64,000 nucleotides of DNA, taken from the NCBI GenBank assembly GCA_965219005.1, contig CBDCMS010000004.1:1146449-1210448 (forward strand). The letters are read 5' to 3'. How positions within the stretch are numbered: position 1 is the first letter of the stretch; the number at the start of each line of letters is the position of its first letter. Source of the stretch: Acidobacteriota bacterium. GTDB taxonomy: Bacteria; Acidobacteriota; UBA6911; RPQK01; JAJDTT01. This document shows, in pieces, positions 50,451 to 60,635 of the stretch. The notes beneath the pieces are model-generated. The model worked only from the letters and a program-made list of their open reading frames with translations, ran no database searches and had not been told where the DNA came from. The translations under genes were made by a program, and so were the position numbers.

Positions 50451-51788
50451 ATGCCGTCTGATCTCGACAAACGCCAGCTGGCGCCGCGGGGATTCTGGCC
50501 CGTCCTGAAGCAGCTGGGGCCGGGTCTCATCATCTCCGGCTCAATCGTGGGCTCCGGAGAGCTGATCGCAACCACCACGCTGGGCGCGAGAGTCGGGTTC
50601 GAGGCGCTTTGGCTGATCCTGATCAGCTGTGGCATCAAGGTCATTGTCCAGGAGGAACTGGGGCGCTACGTCGTCTCCTCGGGGGAGACCACCCTCAGAG
50701 GTCTGGACCGGATCCCCGGTCCTCGCTGGCGGGTGTCCTGGGTGGTCTGGGTCTGGTGGATCATGACCCTGGGCGTGATCATCCAGAGTGGAGGAATCGT
50801 CGGAGGCGTGGGGCAGGTGTTCCATCTGGTTTTGCCCCAGCTGAGCGTGGAAGCCTGGACGGTCGTGGCTGCCGCTATTGTCGCGATCTCGCTGTTTCGC
50901 GGGCGTTACAGTCTGGTCGAGGGAGCCTGTACCTTCATGGTGGTCAGTTTCACCTTCGTCACCATCGCCTGCGTCGCTCTTCTTTTCTGGACTCCCTATA
51001 GAGTGAGCCCGGAACAGATCATCGCCGGACTGAAATTTTCTCTTCCCGAGGGTGGTTTAGCGATCGCGTTCGCAGCCTTTGGAATCACCGGTGTGGGTGC
51101 CACCGAACTGATCATGTATCCCTACTGGTGTCTGGAGAAGGGATATGCCCGCTTCGTCGGTGAGAAAGACGGCTCGGCCGAGTGGTTGGAGCGGGCCCAG
51201 GGATGGATTCGGGTGATGAAGGCCGACGTGCTGATGGCCATGGTGGTCTACACGACCGCTACTGTTGCCTTCTACATCCTGGGGGCTGCGGTGCTCTACG
51301 GGATGGGAATGATGCCATCGGGCTACGAGATGATCGGCACGCTCTCCAGCATGTATACCACGACCTTGGGAAACTGGGCTTTCTATCTTTTTCTGCTGGG
51401 AGCCTTTTTCGTCCTCTTCTCCACGCTTTTCGCGGGAGCCGCATCCAACTCTCGGGTGATTGTCGATTTTCTCCAGCTGGTCGGTCTCGCGAAGATCCAG
51501 GGCGAGCGGAGACTCGCGGCCTGGCGTCTGGGTACGGTGATCGTGTTGCTGACCCTCTATATAATCCTCCACTCCTGGATCACGCAGCCGGTTTTCATGG
51601 TCATCATTGGAGGGGTCGTGCAGGCCTCGATGCTGCCTGTCATTGGCTTCTCAGCCCTCTACCTCCGCTACAAGCACACGGACCCAGCGGTGCAACCCGG
51701 ACTCCTGACCGACGTCCTCTTGTGGGTCTGTTCCAGCCTGATGCTGGCCTTCGCGGTGTACAGCGTGATTACCCGGCTACTAGCGTAG
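50451..51788 (+). CDS. Polytopic membrane transporter, Nramp-superfamily-like (11-12 TM), but lacking the canonical DPGN/MPH motifs
   Basis: GPGLIISGSIVGSGELIATTTLGA at the TM1 position resembles the Nramp layout. The protein is 445 aa and highly hydrophobic. Confidence 0.45.
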   Translation: MPSDLDKRQLAPRGFWPVLKQLGPGLIISGSIVGSGELIATTTLGARVGFEALWLILISCGIKVIVQEELGRYVVSSGETTLRGLDRIPGPRWRVSWVVWVWWIMTLGVIIQSGGIVGGVGQVFHLVLPQLSVEAWTVVAAAIVAISLFRGRYSLVEGACTFMVVSFTFVTIACVALLFWTPYRVSPEQIIAGLKFSLPEGGLAIAFAAFGITGVGATELIMYPYWCLEKGYARFVGEKDGSAEWLERAQGWIRVMKADVLMAMVVYTTATVAFYILGAAVLYGMGMMPSGYEMIGTLSSMYTTTLGNWAFYLFLLGAFFVLFSTLFAGAASNSRVIVDFLQLVGLAKIQGERRLAAWRLGTVIVLLTLYIILHSWITQPVFMVIIGGVVQASMLPVIGFSALYLRYKHTDPAVQPGLLTDVLLWVCSSLMLAFAVYSVITRLLA

Positions 51789-51789
51789 C

Positions 51790-51866
51790 TTTGGCCTCCA
51801 GGCCGAAGTTTTTTCTTCTTTCGAGCCTGTGGCTCAAGGAACGGCGGCCTGGAGACCACCGCTACG
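51790..51866. repeat. REP-like GC-rich hairpin repeat between convergent genes
   Basis: GGCCTCCAGGCCG ... CGGCGGCCTGGAGACCACCGCTACG. Same family as 24641-24718 and 58691-58770. Confidence 0.6.
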
Positions 51867-51882
51867 ACTTCCGCATCAGCTT

Positions 51883-52626
51883 TCAGTTTTTCTCAAAGAT
51901 GATTACGTGTTGGCGTGGAAGCCGGTCTATCGTCTCGACCCAGCGCAGTGGCTGCGGAGCCATCTCCAGCTTGACCTGTTTTTCACTCATCTTGTGGAGT
52001 CGCTTGATCGGAACGGAAGGATCCTCGGCCCGATACTCGACGAATACGACTCGCCCTCCCGGTTTCAGGCCTCGGCAGATTGCCTGCATCATCTCCCAGG
52101 GGTAGGCAAACTCGTGGTAGACGTCGACCATGAGTACCAGATCGAGTGATCCCGCGGGCAGCTTCGGATCCTTTTCCTCACCCAGAATCATTTCGACGTT
52201 GCCGACCCCACGTTCCTTGATCCGCTGCCCCAGGATCTGGAGCATTTCGGGCTGGATGTCGATCGCCAGTACTCGCCCCTTTACCCCAACCTCTCGCGAG
52301 AGCAGGAACGTGAAGACTCCACTCCCGGCGCCGATATCGGCTACGACCTGGCCCAGGCCTATCTCGAGAGCATCGATCGTAAGCGAGGGCCTCTCTTCCT
52401 GCTCGCGTTCCGGACGGTCCAACCAATTGGCGCCCTGGTGACCCATCACATGAGAGATCTCTCGGCCCATATAGAACTTGCCGATGCCCTGCGGGTCGTG
52501 ATCTTCTCGGTACTCGTATCGAGAGCTCGATTGAGGTTTCTGGGAGGACTTCTGGGTCTCCGGGTAGAGTCCGTGGGAGCAGGCCAAGGAGGCGACGGTC
52601 AAGAAAGCGAGGAATCGTGTGGACAT
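51883..52626 (-). CDS. Class I SAM-dependent methyltransferase with an N-terminal signal peptide
   Basis: VADIGAGSGVFTFLLS (motif I GxGxG) and an acidic motif II (VLAIDI). Confidence 0.75.
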   Translation of the reverse strand: MSTRFLAFLTVASLACSHGLYPETQKSSQKPQSSSRYEYREDHDPQGIGKFYMGREISHVMGHQGANWLDRPEREQEERPSLTIDALEIGLGQVVADIGAGSGVFTFLLSREVGVKGRVLAIDIQPEMLQILGQRIKERGVGNVEMILGEEKDPKLPAGSLDLVLMVDVYHEFAYPWEMMQAICRGLKPGGRVVFVEYRAEDPSVPIKRLHKMSEKQVKLEMAPQPLRWVETIDRLPRQHVIIFEKN

Positions 52627-52632
52627 AGGAGA

Positions 52633-53913
52633 TTACTCGTGACCCTCGTTTCTCCACCATCGGCACTCGAGGGAGCCCCTCTCGGCGCAGGCTGCGATGT
52701 CCAGATCTGAGTCTCCATCCAGGTCAGCCAGTATCACCTGGTTGGCGTTCTTCCAGTTGTCCTTTACCATGTGCTCGGTCCAGGGACCGCTGGGATCGCC
52801 GCTGTTTTCGTACCAGAGGACCTGCCCCGGTCTGGAGAATCCAGTGGCCACGACATCCATATCTCCATCCCCGTCCAGGTCGCCGGCCACCGCCTCGAAG
52901 GCTTCGTTCAGGCGGTCCGAGATGACGTGTCGGGTCCAGCCGTTTTTGTGAACCCCGTCGTTTTCGTACCAGACGATGTGGTGGTTGTAAGACTGAGTGA
53001 ACTCGGGTCTGTTCTTCCCCCGCTCGGGTTTCACCTGGTCTCCCTGGTGCATGGACCCCCAGGCTCCCAGCGCCATAACGACGTCCAGGTCCCCGTCCCC
53101 GTCGATGTCCGCAGGCTCCCCGTGAATGGGAGCATGGGTTGCCTCGATGACGTGTTTTACCCATTCTTCGGAAGCCGGGTTTCCCGGGTTCTGGTACCAG
53201 ATGACCTGGTTCGCGGTACGGCTGGTTCCCAAAAGATCCGGGTCTCCGTCCCCGTCGAAATCAGCGGCGCGAATGGTCCGGGTTTCTCCGACATCGATCT
53301 CGATGGCGCGCTTCGTCCACTCGCCCTCCGCTGGTGTTCCATCATTCTCGAACCAGGAAAACTGATTGCCCAGACGCCAGCCGGAGCCTGCTGCGTCCAG
53401 GTCGCCATCCCCATCCAGGTCGACCAGTTCGACGTCATACGCTCCGGGCAGGTTGCCCTGAGCGATGATGTGCCGAGGCCACAACTTGCCATCCCCAGGG
53501 GTTCCGCCATTCTCGAACCAGAGGAGGTCTCCGAACTTGTTCTTCACGATGGCCACGTCGGGATCTCCGTCCCCATCGATGTCGCCGATTCGATGTCGCT
53601 CCAGACGTTCAGGATCCTTCTCCTGGATCAAGTGTCGTTTGAAGCTGCCTGATCCGTCGTTCTCGAACCAGTACAGCTTGTTATGCGTCTCCGCGTCCGC
53701 ACTGGTTAGATCCAGATCTCCGTCCCCATCCAGATCGGCGGCGGCGATGCCGAAGGGGTAGGTGTAGCCGTCCATGATCAGATGCTCGGTGAACCGGAGT
53801 TCCGTCTGCGGCTTTTCCCCTTTTGGCGAAACTGTTTCTACATCGCTCTGAGTGCAGCCGACCAGGAGGAGAAGCGAACCTAGTGCTGACCCGTTCGAAA
53901 GCGTCTTGTTCAT
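52633..53913 (-). CDS. FG-GAP/VCBS repeat lipoprotein (integrin-alpha-like beta-propeller)
   Basis: Lipoprotein signal (LLLLVGC) and repeated DxDGDGDxD calcium-binding FG-GAP motifs (DLDGDGDLD, DIDGDGDPD, DFDGDGDPD). Confidence 0.75.
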   Translation of the reverse strand: MNKTLSNGSALGSLLLLVGCTQSDVETVSPKGEKPQTELRFTEHLIMDGYTYPFGIAAADLDGDGDLDLTSADAETHNKLYWFENDGSGSFKRHLIQEKDPERLERHRIGDIDGDGDPDVAIVKNKFGDLLWFENGGTPGDGKLWPRHIIAQGNLPGAYDVELVDLDGDGDLDAAGSGWRLGNQFSWFENDGTPAEGEWTKRAIEIDVGETRTIRAADFDGDGDPDLLGTSRTANQVIWYQNPGNPASEEWVKHVIEATHAPIHGEPADIDGDGDLDVVMALGAWGSMHQGDQVKPERGKNRPEFTQSYNHHIVWYENDGVHKNGWTRHVISDRLNEAFEAVAGDLDGDGDMDVVATGFSRPGQVLWYENSGDPSGPWTEHMVKDNWKNANQVILADLDGDSDLDIAACAERGSLECRWWRNEGHE

Positions 53914-54019
53914 GAGTCCTTTCCTGTTCTTCTTCTTCGGGAAGAAATACTATCCGGAATCTGGGACAATCATCGAGGGCGAAGAGATAACCTGCTGGAT
54001 AAAGCAACCAAGAGGCCTT

Positions 54020-54415
54020 ATGAAGAATATTGTCGATCTTCTGGACGAACCTGATACCACCGTGGCCGTCGTAGGCGCTACCGACAACCCCTCGAAATAC
54101 GGAAGTATTATCTATCGTGACTTGAAACGTAAGGGGTTTACCGTCTTTCCTGTGAATCCCAATCGGTCCACCGTCGACGGAGACCCAACCTATAGTCATC
54201 TTCAGGACCTTACCCAGCGGCCGAGCATCGTCAATATCGTCGTCCCGCCCGCAGCCACCCTAGAGATCCTGGATCAGTGCCTGGAGCTGGGCTTGATGAA
54301 CGTGTGGCTGCAGCCAGGTGCGGAGACTCCAGAGGCCCTGGGGTTCCTGCAGCAGCACAGTTTCAATTATCTGGCGAATGCATGCATCATGGTCGAGAGC
54401 AGGATGAACGCCTGA
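54020..54415 (+). CDS. CoA-binding domain protein (YccU-like)
   Basis: VAVVGATDNPSKYGSIIYRDLKRKGFTVFPVNP is typical of the CoA_binding_2 family. The ORF starts at 53852, and I picked the Met at 54020 as the likely start, giving 132 aa. Confidence 0.75.
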   Translation: MKNIVDLLDEPDTTVAVVGATDNPSKYGSIIYRDLKRKGFTVFPVNPNRSTVDGDPTYSHLQDLTQRPSIVNIVVPPAATLEILDQCLELGLMNVWLQPGAETPEALGFLQQHSFNYLANACIMVESRMNA

Positions 54416-55832
54416 CCTGGACTGCCTCTCGGATCGCTTCCAGTTTAGGATCGCTCAGATACCCGTAGCGGTTGATCCAGAAGCCGTAACGACCTGCAGC
54501 CTGCCCTGCCATCAACCTTTTCCGGAAGTCTTCCAGGGGTCCATAGCCGTGTGTCAGGACCAGGACCGGTGTCGAGCCCGCCTCCTCCTGAGCCCGTAGG
54601 ATCTTGCGCGACATGGCCTCCAGTCCCACCGGGTGTGGTTCTTCCGTTTCCGGGTAGTGATAGGCGTCGCAGCTGGAGAGTCCACCGCCATCGATCAGGT
54701 CCAGCCAGCTCTCCAAGGCGCCTACGAGTGCTGTGTCCGACACCTGTGGATTGGCTTTTCGAATGCTATCGGCATAGAAGCGGAGCATCATGGGCCAATG
54801 CATGGTGTAAAGCTTGACGCTGATGGCGGTGCTGTGAGCGCCCGCGCGGCGATAGTCCATGCCCGAGGCCAGATTCCAGGGGGGAGGGAAGGCGTTGGGC
54901 ATGAGTTCCATATGGCTGCCACCAGCCTCTGTCAGCGTCTTTCGAGCCTTCTGGAGAAATTGCTCTACCAGCATGGCCTTGAACCGAACCCAGTCGCCGA
55001 TTGCTGCTCTCTCGGAGAGAAATCGAAGTAGCAGGGGACTGCCCTCTTCGGGACCTGACCAAGTGATCAGATCGGAGTCTGTCAGCTGGCCCTGGAGTTT
55101 GCGGTAGAGATCTCCCACCGTTCGGCGCATCCCATCGAAGTCCAGACCCAGTCTCCGGGCTGCTCTTCCTGCGTGATCGCTGAAGTCCAGGAAGATGTCA
55201 TCGAGAAAATAGGGAGGGTACTCAGGCCAATCCAGGCGCAGACCGTCGATCCTCGGGTAGTTCGCGCACAGGTCCCGGATCAAGGCCTGGAGATAGCCCT
55301 GAATACGAGGGCTGGCAAGACTCCCGTTACGGGCAAGGCGCCGGGTGGGCAAAGAGCCGTCCGGCAAGAGAGGCCGGTCGTCTCCCTCGGGTCCCCCAAA
55401 CTGAACCCGGTAACCCGGTGGAATTGCTGCCTGTACCTGAAGGTAGACTCGCAGACCCCGTGCTTGCGCTTTTTCGATGAACTCGTGTAACAGGTGGCCG
55501 TGACTCCGAGTGAGGAGTGAGGGCGCAGGCGGCTGATATCGCAGTCCCTGATAGAGGGTCTTCGAAGGCTCGAAGCTGGGCGCCGTACGCACCCAGAGGT
55601 CACGTTTCCCCCAAAGGGGACGCTCCAGAAACCTGACCTTCCCAGCTCCAGCGTCGTCAGGCGGCTCCCGGCTGCCGTCCTGCTCGGAGGCAGGTTCCAT
55701 CAAGTAGGGCGACGTGGCAACGGCGGTGACTCCCGCCTTGTCAACCAGGTTGTCGAGAACTCCGTCGACGGTCTCGGATTGGAGATACTCAGGCATCACC
55801 GTGATGCCGACGAAGCTGTCAATCGAGCCCAT
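54387..55832 (-). CDS. Hypothetical protein (481 aa), possibly a glycoside-hydrolase-like TIM-barrel
   Basis: A long ORF with coding-like composition. It has no signal peptide and no confident family match. Confidence 0.45.
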   Translation of the reverse strand: MGSIDSFVGITVMPEYLQSETVDGVLDNLVDKAGVTAVATSPYLMEPASEQDGSREPPDDAGAGKVRFLERPLWGKRDLWVRTAPSFEPSKTLYQGLRYQPPAPSLLTRSHGHLLHEFIEKAQARGLRVYLQVQAAIPPGYRVQFGGPEGDDRPLLPDGSLPTRRLARNGSLASPRIQGYLQALIRDLCANYPRIDGLRLDWPEYPPYFLDDIFLDFSDHAGRAARRLGLDFDGMRRTVGDLYRKLQGQLTDSDLITWSGPEEGSPLLLRFLSERAAIGDWVRFKAMLVEQFLQKARKTLTEAGGSHMELMPNAFPPPWNLASGMDYRRAGAHSTAISVKLYTMHWPMMLRFYADSIRKANPQVSDTALVGALESWLDLIDGGGLSSCDAYHYPETEEPHPVGLEAMSRKILRAQEEAGSTPVLVLTHGYGPLEDFRKRLMAGQAAGRYGFWINRYGYLSDPKLEAIREAVQVRRSSCSRP

Positions 55833-55988
55833 TATGAGGGGAGTATACTCGCGTACAAGTTAGCGTATGGTCCGAAAGTGTTGCTAGCAGCACTTTCTGC
55901 GTCGGTTACTGCTCGATGAGATTTCTGCCTGGTGAGGGGTTGGAGAATAGCTTGGCCCTCGAGACACGCTTATTGTCGAGATCAAGAG

Positions 55989-57239
55989 ATGCGAATAGGA
56001 ATGCCTTTCTTCTGTTGGTTTGCTCTCCCGTTTCTGACGCTGTGGACGGGATGTAGCCTTGAGAAGGCGGAGCCGGAGCATCTAGCCGCCGTGCGCGCGA
56101 AACTGGAGCAAGGCCTATCGGTCAAGGTCGTTTGTTTCGGGGACAGCGTTACCGGGTTGTACTACCACACCGGGGGGAGACGTGCCTACACCGATCTGCT
56201 GGCGCTGGCGCTCCGCCGATCCTTTCCTGAGGCATCGATTACCGCGATCAATGCGGGCATAAGCGGAAACGACACGCGAGATGCCCTGGCACGGATCACC
56301 GAAGATGTCTTGAGCCACGAGGCCGACCTGGTGACGGTGATGTTTGGGCTCAATGACATGACCAAGGTGCCACTGGACGAATTCAAAGCCAACCTCATCG
56401 AGATCATCAAGAGGTGCAGAGCCAGCGGTGCGGAGGTGCTTCTCTCCACTCCCAACAACGTGATCGCTACTCCCCGGCGGCCCATCGAAAAGCTCGTCCT
56501 CTATTGCGAGGTCATCAGGCAGGTAAGCCGTCAAGAGGGGGTAGCTTTGGCGGACTGCTATGCTGCCCTGGAGACAATGCGGGAGCGTCACCCTCGGGGA
56601 TGGCGTCTGTTTTTGAGCGACGAGATTCATCCCAACCTGGAGGGACATAAGAGAATCGCCGAACTACTCGCGGCCGCCGTCAGTGGGGATGCTGTCAGTC
56701 TGAACGACGTGGGACCCTCGCAGCCTGCCATCCCACTCACCCTGGACTCGATTCGGAAGGGAGCGCCTCTCAAGATTCTGGCGATGACACCTTTGGATCA
56801 GTCACTAGCACCAGTTCTGGATCAGGTGGCTCCAGACTCTCCCGTCGAGATCATCCCCTGGCCGACCGAGGGCAAGTCACTGCTGGAGCTGGAGGCTGAC
56901 GCCAAGTCGCGCGTCCGCGCCTTGAAACCGGATCTGGTGGTGGTGGGCGTTCCCGGTGATACGAAGGTCGCCAGTGAAGAAGAGTTTATCCGCAGCTTTA
57001 CCTGGACACTCAACTGGTCCCTGAGTTTCGGCACTCAGGAGTGGGACTGCATCGTGGTCCATCCCAACGTGGTCGATCCCCAGGCTGGGGATTCCGACCG
57101 CGACGAATTGATCCGCCGGCTGGTCCGTGCCCAGGATCTGACTCTGGTGGATCGAGCAGATCCCGATGCTGAAGTCGGGGAGATCCTGCTAAGCTGGCTG
57201 AGAGCCCAGGACAGCGATGCGCTGGAATCGGCGAACTGA
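55989..57239 (+). CDS. SGNH/GDSL hydrolase family lipoprotein
   Basis: The GDS block (VVCFGDSVT), the Gly/Asn blocks (GISGNDT, FGLND) and a late DxxH-like block. Lipobox LWTGC. Confidence 0.75.
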   Translation: MRIGMPFFCWFALPFLTLWTGCSLEKAEPEHLAAVRAKLEQGLSVKVVCFGDSVTGLYYHTGGRRAYTDLLALALRRSFPEASITAINAGISGNDTRDALARITEDVLSHEADLVTVMFGLNDMTKVPLDEFKANLIEIIKRCRASGAEVLLSTPNNVIATPRRPIEKLVLYCEVIRQVSRQEGVALADCYAALETMRERHPRGWRLFLSDEIHPNLEGHKRIAELLAAAVSGDAVSLNDVGPSQPAIPLTLDSIRKGAPLKILAMTPLDQSLAPVLDQVAPDSPVEIIPWPTEGKSLLELEADAKSRVRALKPDLVVVGVPGDTKVASEEEFIRSFTWTLNWSLSFGTQEWDCIVVHPNVVDPQAGDSDRDELIRRLVRAQDLTLVDRADPDAEVGEILLSWLRAQDSDALESAN

Positions 57240-57301
57240 ATGGGTTTGCGGCGTAGAGTAATCTTTCCCACATCGGACCGAATCAGAAAGGGAGACGAAG
57301 T

Positions 57302-58651
57302 ATGAGCTCACAGAGTCGTCGTGGATTCCTGAAAAAGTCGGCGGGCCTGGCCACCGGCGTTACACTTGCGGCAGGAGTGCCGACCTCAGCCACCGCCATT
57401 TCTTCATCCCGCGTCCTGGGAGCCAATAATCGAATTCGAATCGGTTTGATTGGCAGTGGAGGCCGGGGCGGGAGCGACCTGAAACAATTTGTGAAGATCG
57501 AAGGGATCCAGTGCGTCGCCCTCTGCGACGTGGACACCGCGCAGATGGAAAAGACACAATCCCAGATCCTCGATCCGGTCGGACAAAAGGCAGAGCAGCA
57601 GACACAGGATTTTCGTCGGCTCCTGGACCGGACCGATCTGGATGCGGTTATCGTAGCCACTCCCGATCACTGGCACGCCATACCCACCGTCATGGCCTGC
57701 CAATCGGGCAAGGACGTGTATGTGGAGAAGCCACTTGCGCTGACCATCCACGAGGGCCGGGTCATGGTCGACGCTGCCCGCAAATACGATCGGGTGGTCC
57801 AGATGGGGACCCAGCAGCGGAGCGCCCCCCACTTTTCAGATGCCGTGGAGTACGTCAAGAGTGGCAAGCTGGGCAAGATTCGCCTGGTGCGGTCCTGGGC
57901 CTACCTGGACTGGAAGGGGGAAATGCCGGCCCAACCCGACGGTCCGCCTCCCGCAGGAGTGGACTACGACCTGTGGCTCGGACCAGCGGCTGAGAAGCCC
58001 TTCAATCCGAATCGTTTTCACTTTTCCTTTCGCTGGTACTGGGACTACTCCGGCGGTCTCATGACCGACTGGGGAGCCCATATGATCGACATCGCCAACT
58101 GGGCCATGGACCTGAAGGCGCCGCGCTCAGCGGTCTCCGTAGGGGGCAAGTTCGGCTATCCTCAAGATGCCATGGAGACTCCCGATACGCAGCAGGTGAT
58201 CTGGGGGTTCGACGAGGACTTCAGCATGGTCTGGGAGCATGCCCTGGGTGTGGGACGAGGACCCGAGGCCCGCGAGCACGGGGTCCAGTTCCATGGAAAC
58301 GAGGGGGTGCTGATAGTCGACCGGCATGGCTGGGAGGTCCACCCGGAGACCGACAAGATCGACAAGGACGTACGCGAATTCCGCTCGTTGGGAAAGCCCC
58401 GCCACAACATCAAGACCTACGCCTACCACCTGACGCACGTTGAGAACTTCGTCGACTGCATGCGCTCCAGAGAGCGTCCCAACGCGGACGTTGAGATCGG
58501 TCACAATTCCATGATTGCCTGTCACCTGGGGAACATCGCCTTCCGTGTGGGTCGTAAGGTGGAGTGGGACATCGACGGCGAAAAAGTGGTGGGCGATCGG
58601 GAGGCAGCCCGCCTGGTCAAGAAAGAATACCGCTCACCCTGGAAGTTGTAA
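57302..58651 (+). CDS. Gfo/Idh/MocA family oxidoreductase, Tat-secreted
   Basis: Twin-arginine signal MSSQSRRGFLKKSAGLATGVTLAAG, a Rossmann fold GLIGSGGRG, and the family's conserved EKP motif. Confidence 0.85.
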   Translation: MSSQSRRGFLKKSAGLATGVTLAAGVPTSATAISSSRVLGANNRIRIGLIGSGGRGGSDLKQFVKIEGIQCVALCDVDTAQMEKTQSQILDPVGQKAEQQTQDFRRLLDRTDLDAVIVATPDHWHAIPTVMACQSGKDVYVEKPLALTIHEGRVMVDAARKYDRVVQMGTQQRSAPHFSDAVEYVKSGKLGKIRLVRSWAYLDWKGEMPAQPDGPPPAGVDYDLWLGPAAEKPFNPNRFHFSFRWYWDYSGGLMTDWGAHMIDIANWAMDLKAPRSAVSVGGKFGYPQDAMETPDTQQVIWGFDEDFSMVWEHALGVGRGPEAREHGVQFHGNEGVLIVDRHGWEVHPETDKIDKDVREFRSLGKPRHNIKTYAYHLTHVENFVDCMRSRERPNADVEIGHNSMIACHLGNIAFRVGRKVEWDIDGEKVVGDREAARLVKKEYRSPWKL

Positions 58652-58690
58652 GGCGATGTTTCCGTGTGGATGAAATTTTCAGCCGAGGGT

Positions 58691-58770
58691 CGTGGCGGTG
58701 GTCTCCAGGCCGCCGTTTTCTTCGTTCGAGACTTTGGTCGACGCACGGCGGCCTGGAGACCACCGCCACG
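58691..58770. repeat. REP-like GC-rich hairpin with perfect 25-bp arms (CGTGGCGGTGGTCTCCAGGCCGCCG / CGGCGGCCTGGAGACCACCGCCACG)
   Basis: A perfect inverted repeat separated by a ~30-nt loop, sitting between convergent genes. Confidence 0.7.
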
Positions 58771-58810
58771 TCCAAAGGAGGCCCAACCGAAGTCTCAGTG
58801 CCAATCTCAT

Positions 58811-60385
58811 CTACTCCTGGAACTGAAAGGCATAGAGCTTACAGTTCCTTAGCTTGAAGTGGAGACTCACGTCCTTTCCGGCCAGTCTCGAGACGTCCTG
58901 GTTACCCTTCCAGGAGACCGGAAAGGCGACGTTGTTGCCGCTCAGCGGATCGGAGTCATCCAGTCTGAATCCTTCGACCGGATTCCCCTCCTTGTCCCGG
59001 ACCTCAACCAGCGCTTCTCCGCCGGCACTGGTGTCCAGGTTCAACTCCAACCGATTGCCGTCAAAGCGAATCGGAGGCGTCGTGAGCCAGCCTCCCTGGT
59101 AATCCGCATCCGCCGAGACGAACCCATCAAGTCGCATGATGGCCCTGGAGACCGCCGACTGCTTCCCTCCAGGATGGGGGTCTACACGGGAGGCGTGGTC
59201 CCAGTTGGTTCCGACGTAGTAGATCCAGATCTCGTTGCCCATTCTGATCGGGTGGGGAAGTCCCCACACCCACTTGGAGGCAAAGGTGCCAGCGTGACCC
59301 AGGCGGAGGAAGGATTGGCGCTCTCCCAGGCGTTTAAAGTTCTTTCCGTCCCGGCTCACAGCCAGTTGGACATCCGCTGTGACAGGCCACCTCGGCCGGT
59401 AGTGGTAATAGATGGGCACCATGGCGAAGTAGGCGTCCTGTGCTTCCTGGTAACGGAAGACGCCGGTGCCGTAGAAATCCAGAGAAAGGGGACCGACGAC
59501 TGTATAGCCCGGTCCGAAAACGGTTTCGACTCGATGGGCCTCCTCAGAGGCCTTGGAGCGCAGACGCTTGGGAAGAAAGTTCATCAAAGGAGCCAGATCC
59601 CGGGAATCGGGCCTTATGACCAGCTGAAACTTTTCCCAGTGAAGCATGTCGTCTGATTCGTTGTACCCCACCATACGAGGATGTACCTCTCGGCTGTAGC
59701 CTCGGTAGCGCCCGATACGGGGTTCCCAGAACCAGCTGGGCTGAGTGTCGGCCGCCCTGAGGCCGGTGGGAACGGTCTCTTCCAGATGCCAATGGATCCC
59801 GTCGGCCGAATACCAGAAAGCGTTGCCCCCCTTGCGGGTGCCTGGCACGGTGTAGAGCTTGGACCAGGACTTGTAGCGCTTCTCGGGAGGACAGTTCGGG
59901 TTGGTGTCCCGAGCTACGGACCCACCTCCCACCGTCATCAGGGAGAGATCGGTGGGCATGACCAGGTTGTTCTCTTTGGATCCGTTGAGCTCCACCAGGC
60001 CTAGAATCGGTTTTTCGAAATGAATGCCATCTCGAGACTCTGCGTAGCATAAGCCCCGGAAGCCCTGTCCCGGCCGTCCCTTGTCAGTGTAGAGGTCGTA
60101 CCAGAGGCGGATTCGGGGACCGTCGGGTCCGTCTTCTTTCAGCACGCTGCCATAGACGTGGATGTTGGCGCCCTGCTCCCAGGGCTGGTCGACCACGACC
60201 AGAGGTTCGCCTGTCTGATAGGGAGGATTCATCCGAAGGCTGATGCCGTCACTGGATGCGATGAACCTTTGGTCCACAAAGAGCTGTTTCTGGTGTCCTA
60301 CGTCTAATGTCGCCGCCTCAATCTGCGCGGTGAAGACACTGTGTGCCAAAAGAACCACAAATAAACCGATCGCCCGCTTTGCCAT
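58811..60385 (-). CDS. Secreted hypothetical protein (524 aa), possibly a beta-propeller glycosidase-like fold
   Basis: Signal peptide MAKRAIGLFVVLLAHSVFTAQIEAA. It is Trp/Tyr-rich and has coding-like composition. The family call is not confident. Confidence 0.55.
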   Translation of the reverse strand: MAKRAIGLFVVLLAHSVFTAQIEAATLDVGHQKQLFVDQRFIASSDGISLRMNPPYQTGEPLVVVDQPWEQGANIHVYGSVLKEDGPDGPRIRLWYDLYTDKGRPGQGFRGLCYAESRDGIHFEKPILGLVELNGSKENNLVMPTDLSLMTVGGGSVARDTNPNCPPEKRYKSWSKLYTVPGTRKGGNAFWYSADGIHWHLEETVPTGLRAADTQPSWFWEPRIGRYRGYSREVHPRMVGYNESDDMLHWEKFQLVIRPDSRDLAPLMNFLPKRLRSKASEEAHRVETVFGPGYTVVGPLSLDFYGTGVFRYQEAQDAYFAMVPIYYHYRPRWPVTADVQLAVSRDGKNFKRLGERQSFLRLGHAGTFASKWVWGLPHPIRMGNEIWIYYVGTNWDHASRVDPHPGGKQSAVSRAIMRLDGFVSADADYQGGWLTTPPIRFDGNRLELNLDTSAGGEALVEVRDKEGNPVEGFRLDDSDPLSGNNVAFPVSWKGNQDVSRLAGKDVSLHFKLRNCKLYAFQFQE

Positions 60386-60521
60386 GAGAAACTCTCCTTG
60401 ATTCGCCGTGCCTGACAGTCTACTCCGAGCCGTCGTAATTCTAATAGTCTCTGACTCGAAACTTCATTGGGCTGTTCCTGAGGAACAAGGGGGTAACGCA
60501 TTGATTCAGTGATCTTTTGGT

Positions 60522-60611
60522 CATGGAAGCCTGAAGCGCAAGCGAGGGTTTGGGAATCGGCAAGATCTTACTCAGGTCCCCAACCCCTCGCTTGCGCATC
60601 AGGCTTCCATG
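60522..60611. repeat. Roughly 90-bp near-perfect palindrome (35-bp arms) just upstream of the IS insertion
   Basis: Arms CCATGGAAGCCTGAAGCGCAAGCGAGGGTTTGGGAA and its complement. One arm recurs at 16436-16473. Confidence 0.7.
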
Positions 60612-60635
60612 GCTCGGGAAGTTTCTTTCTCGAAT

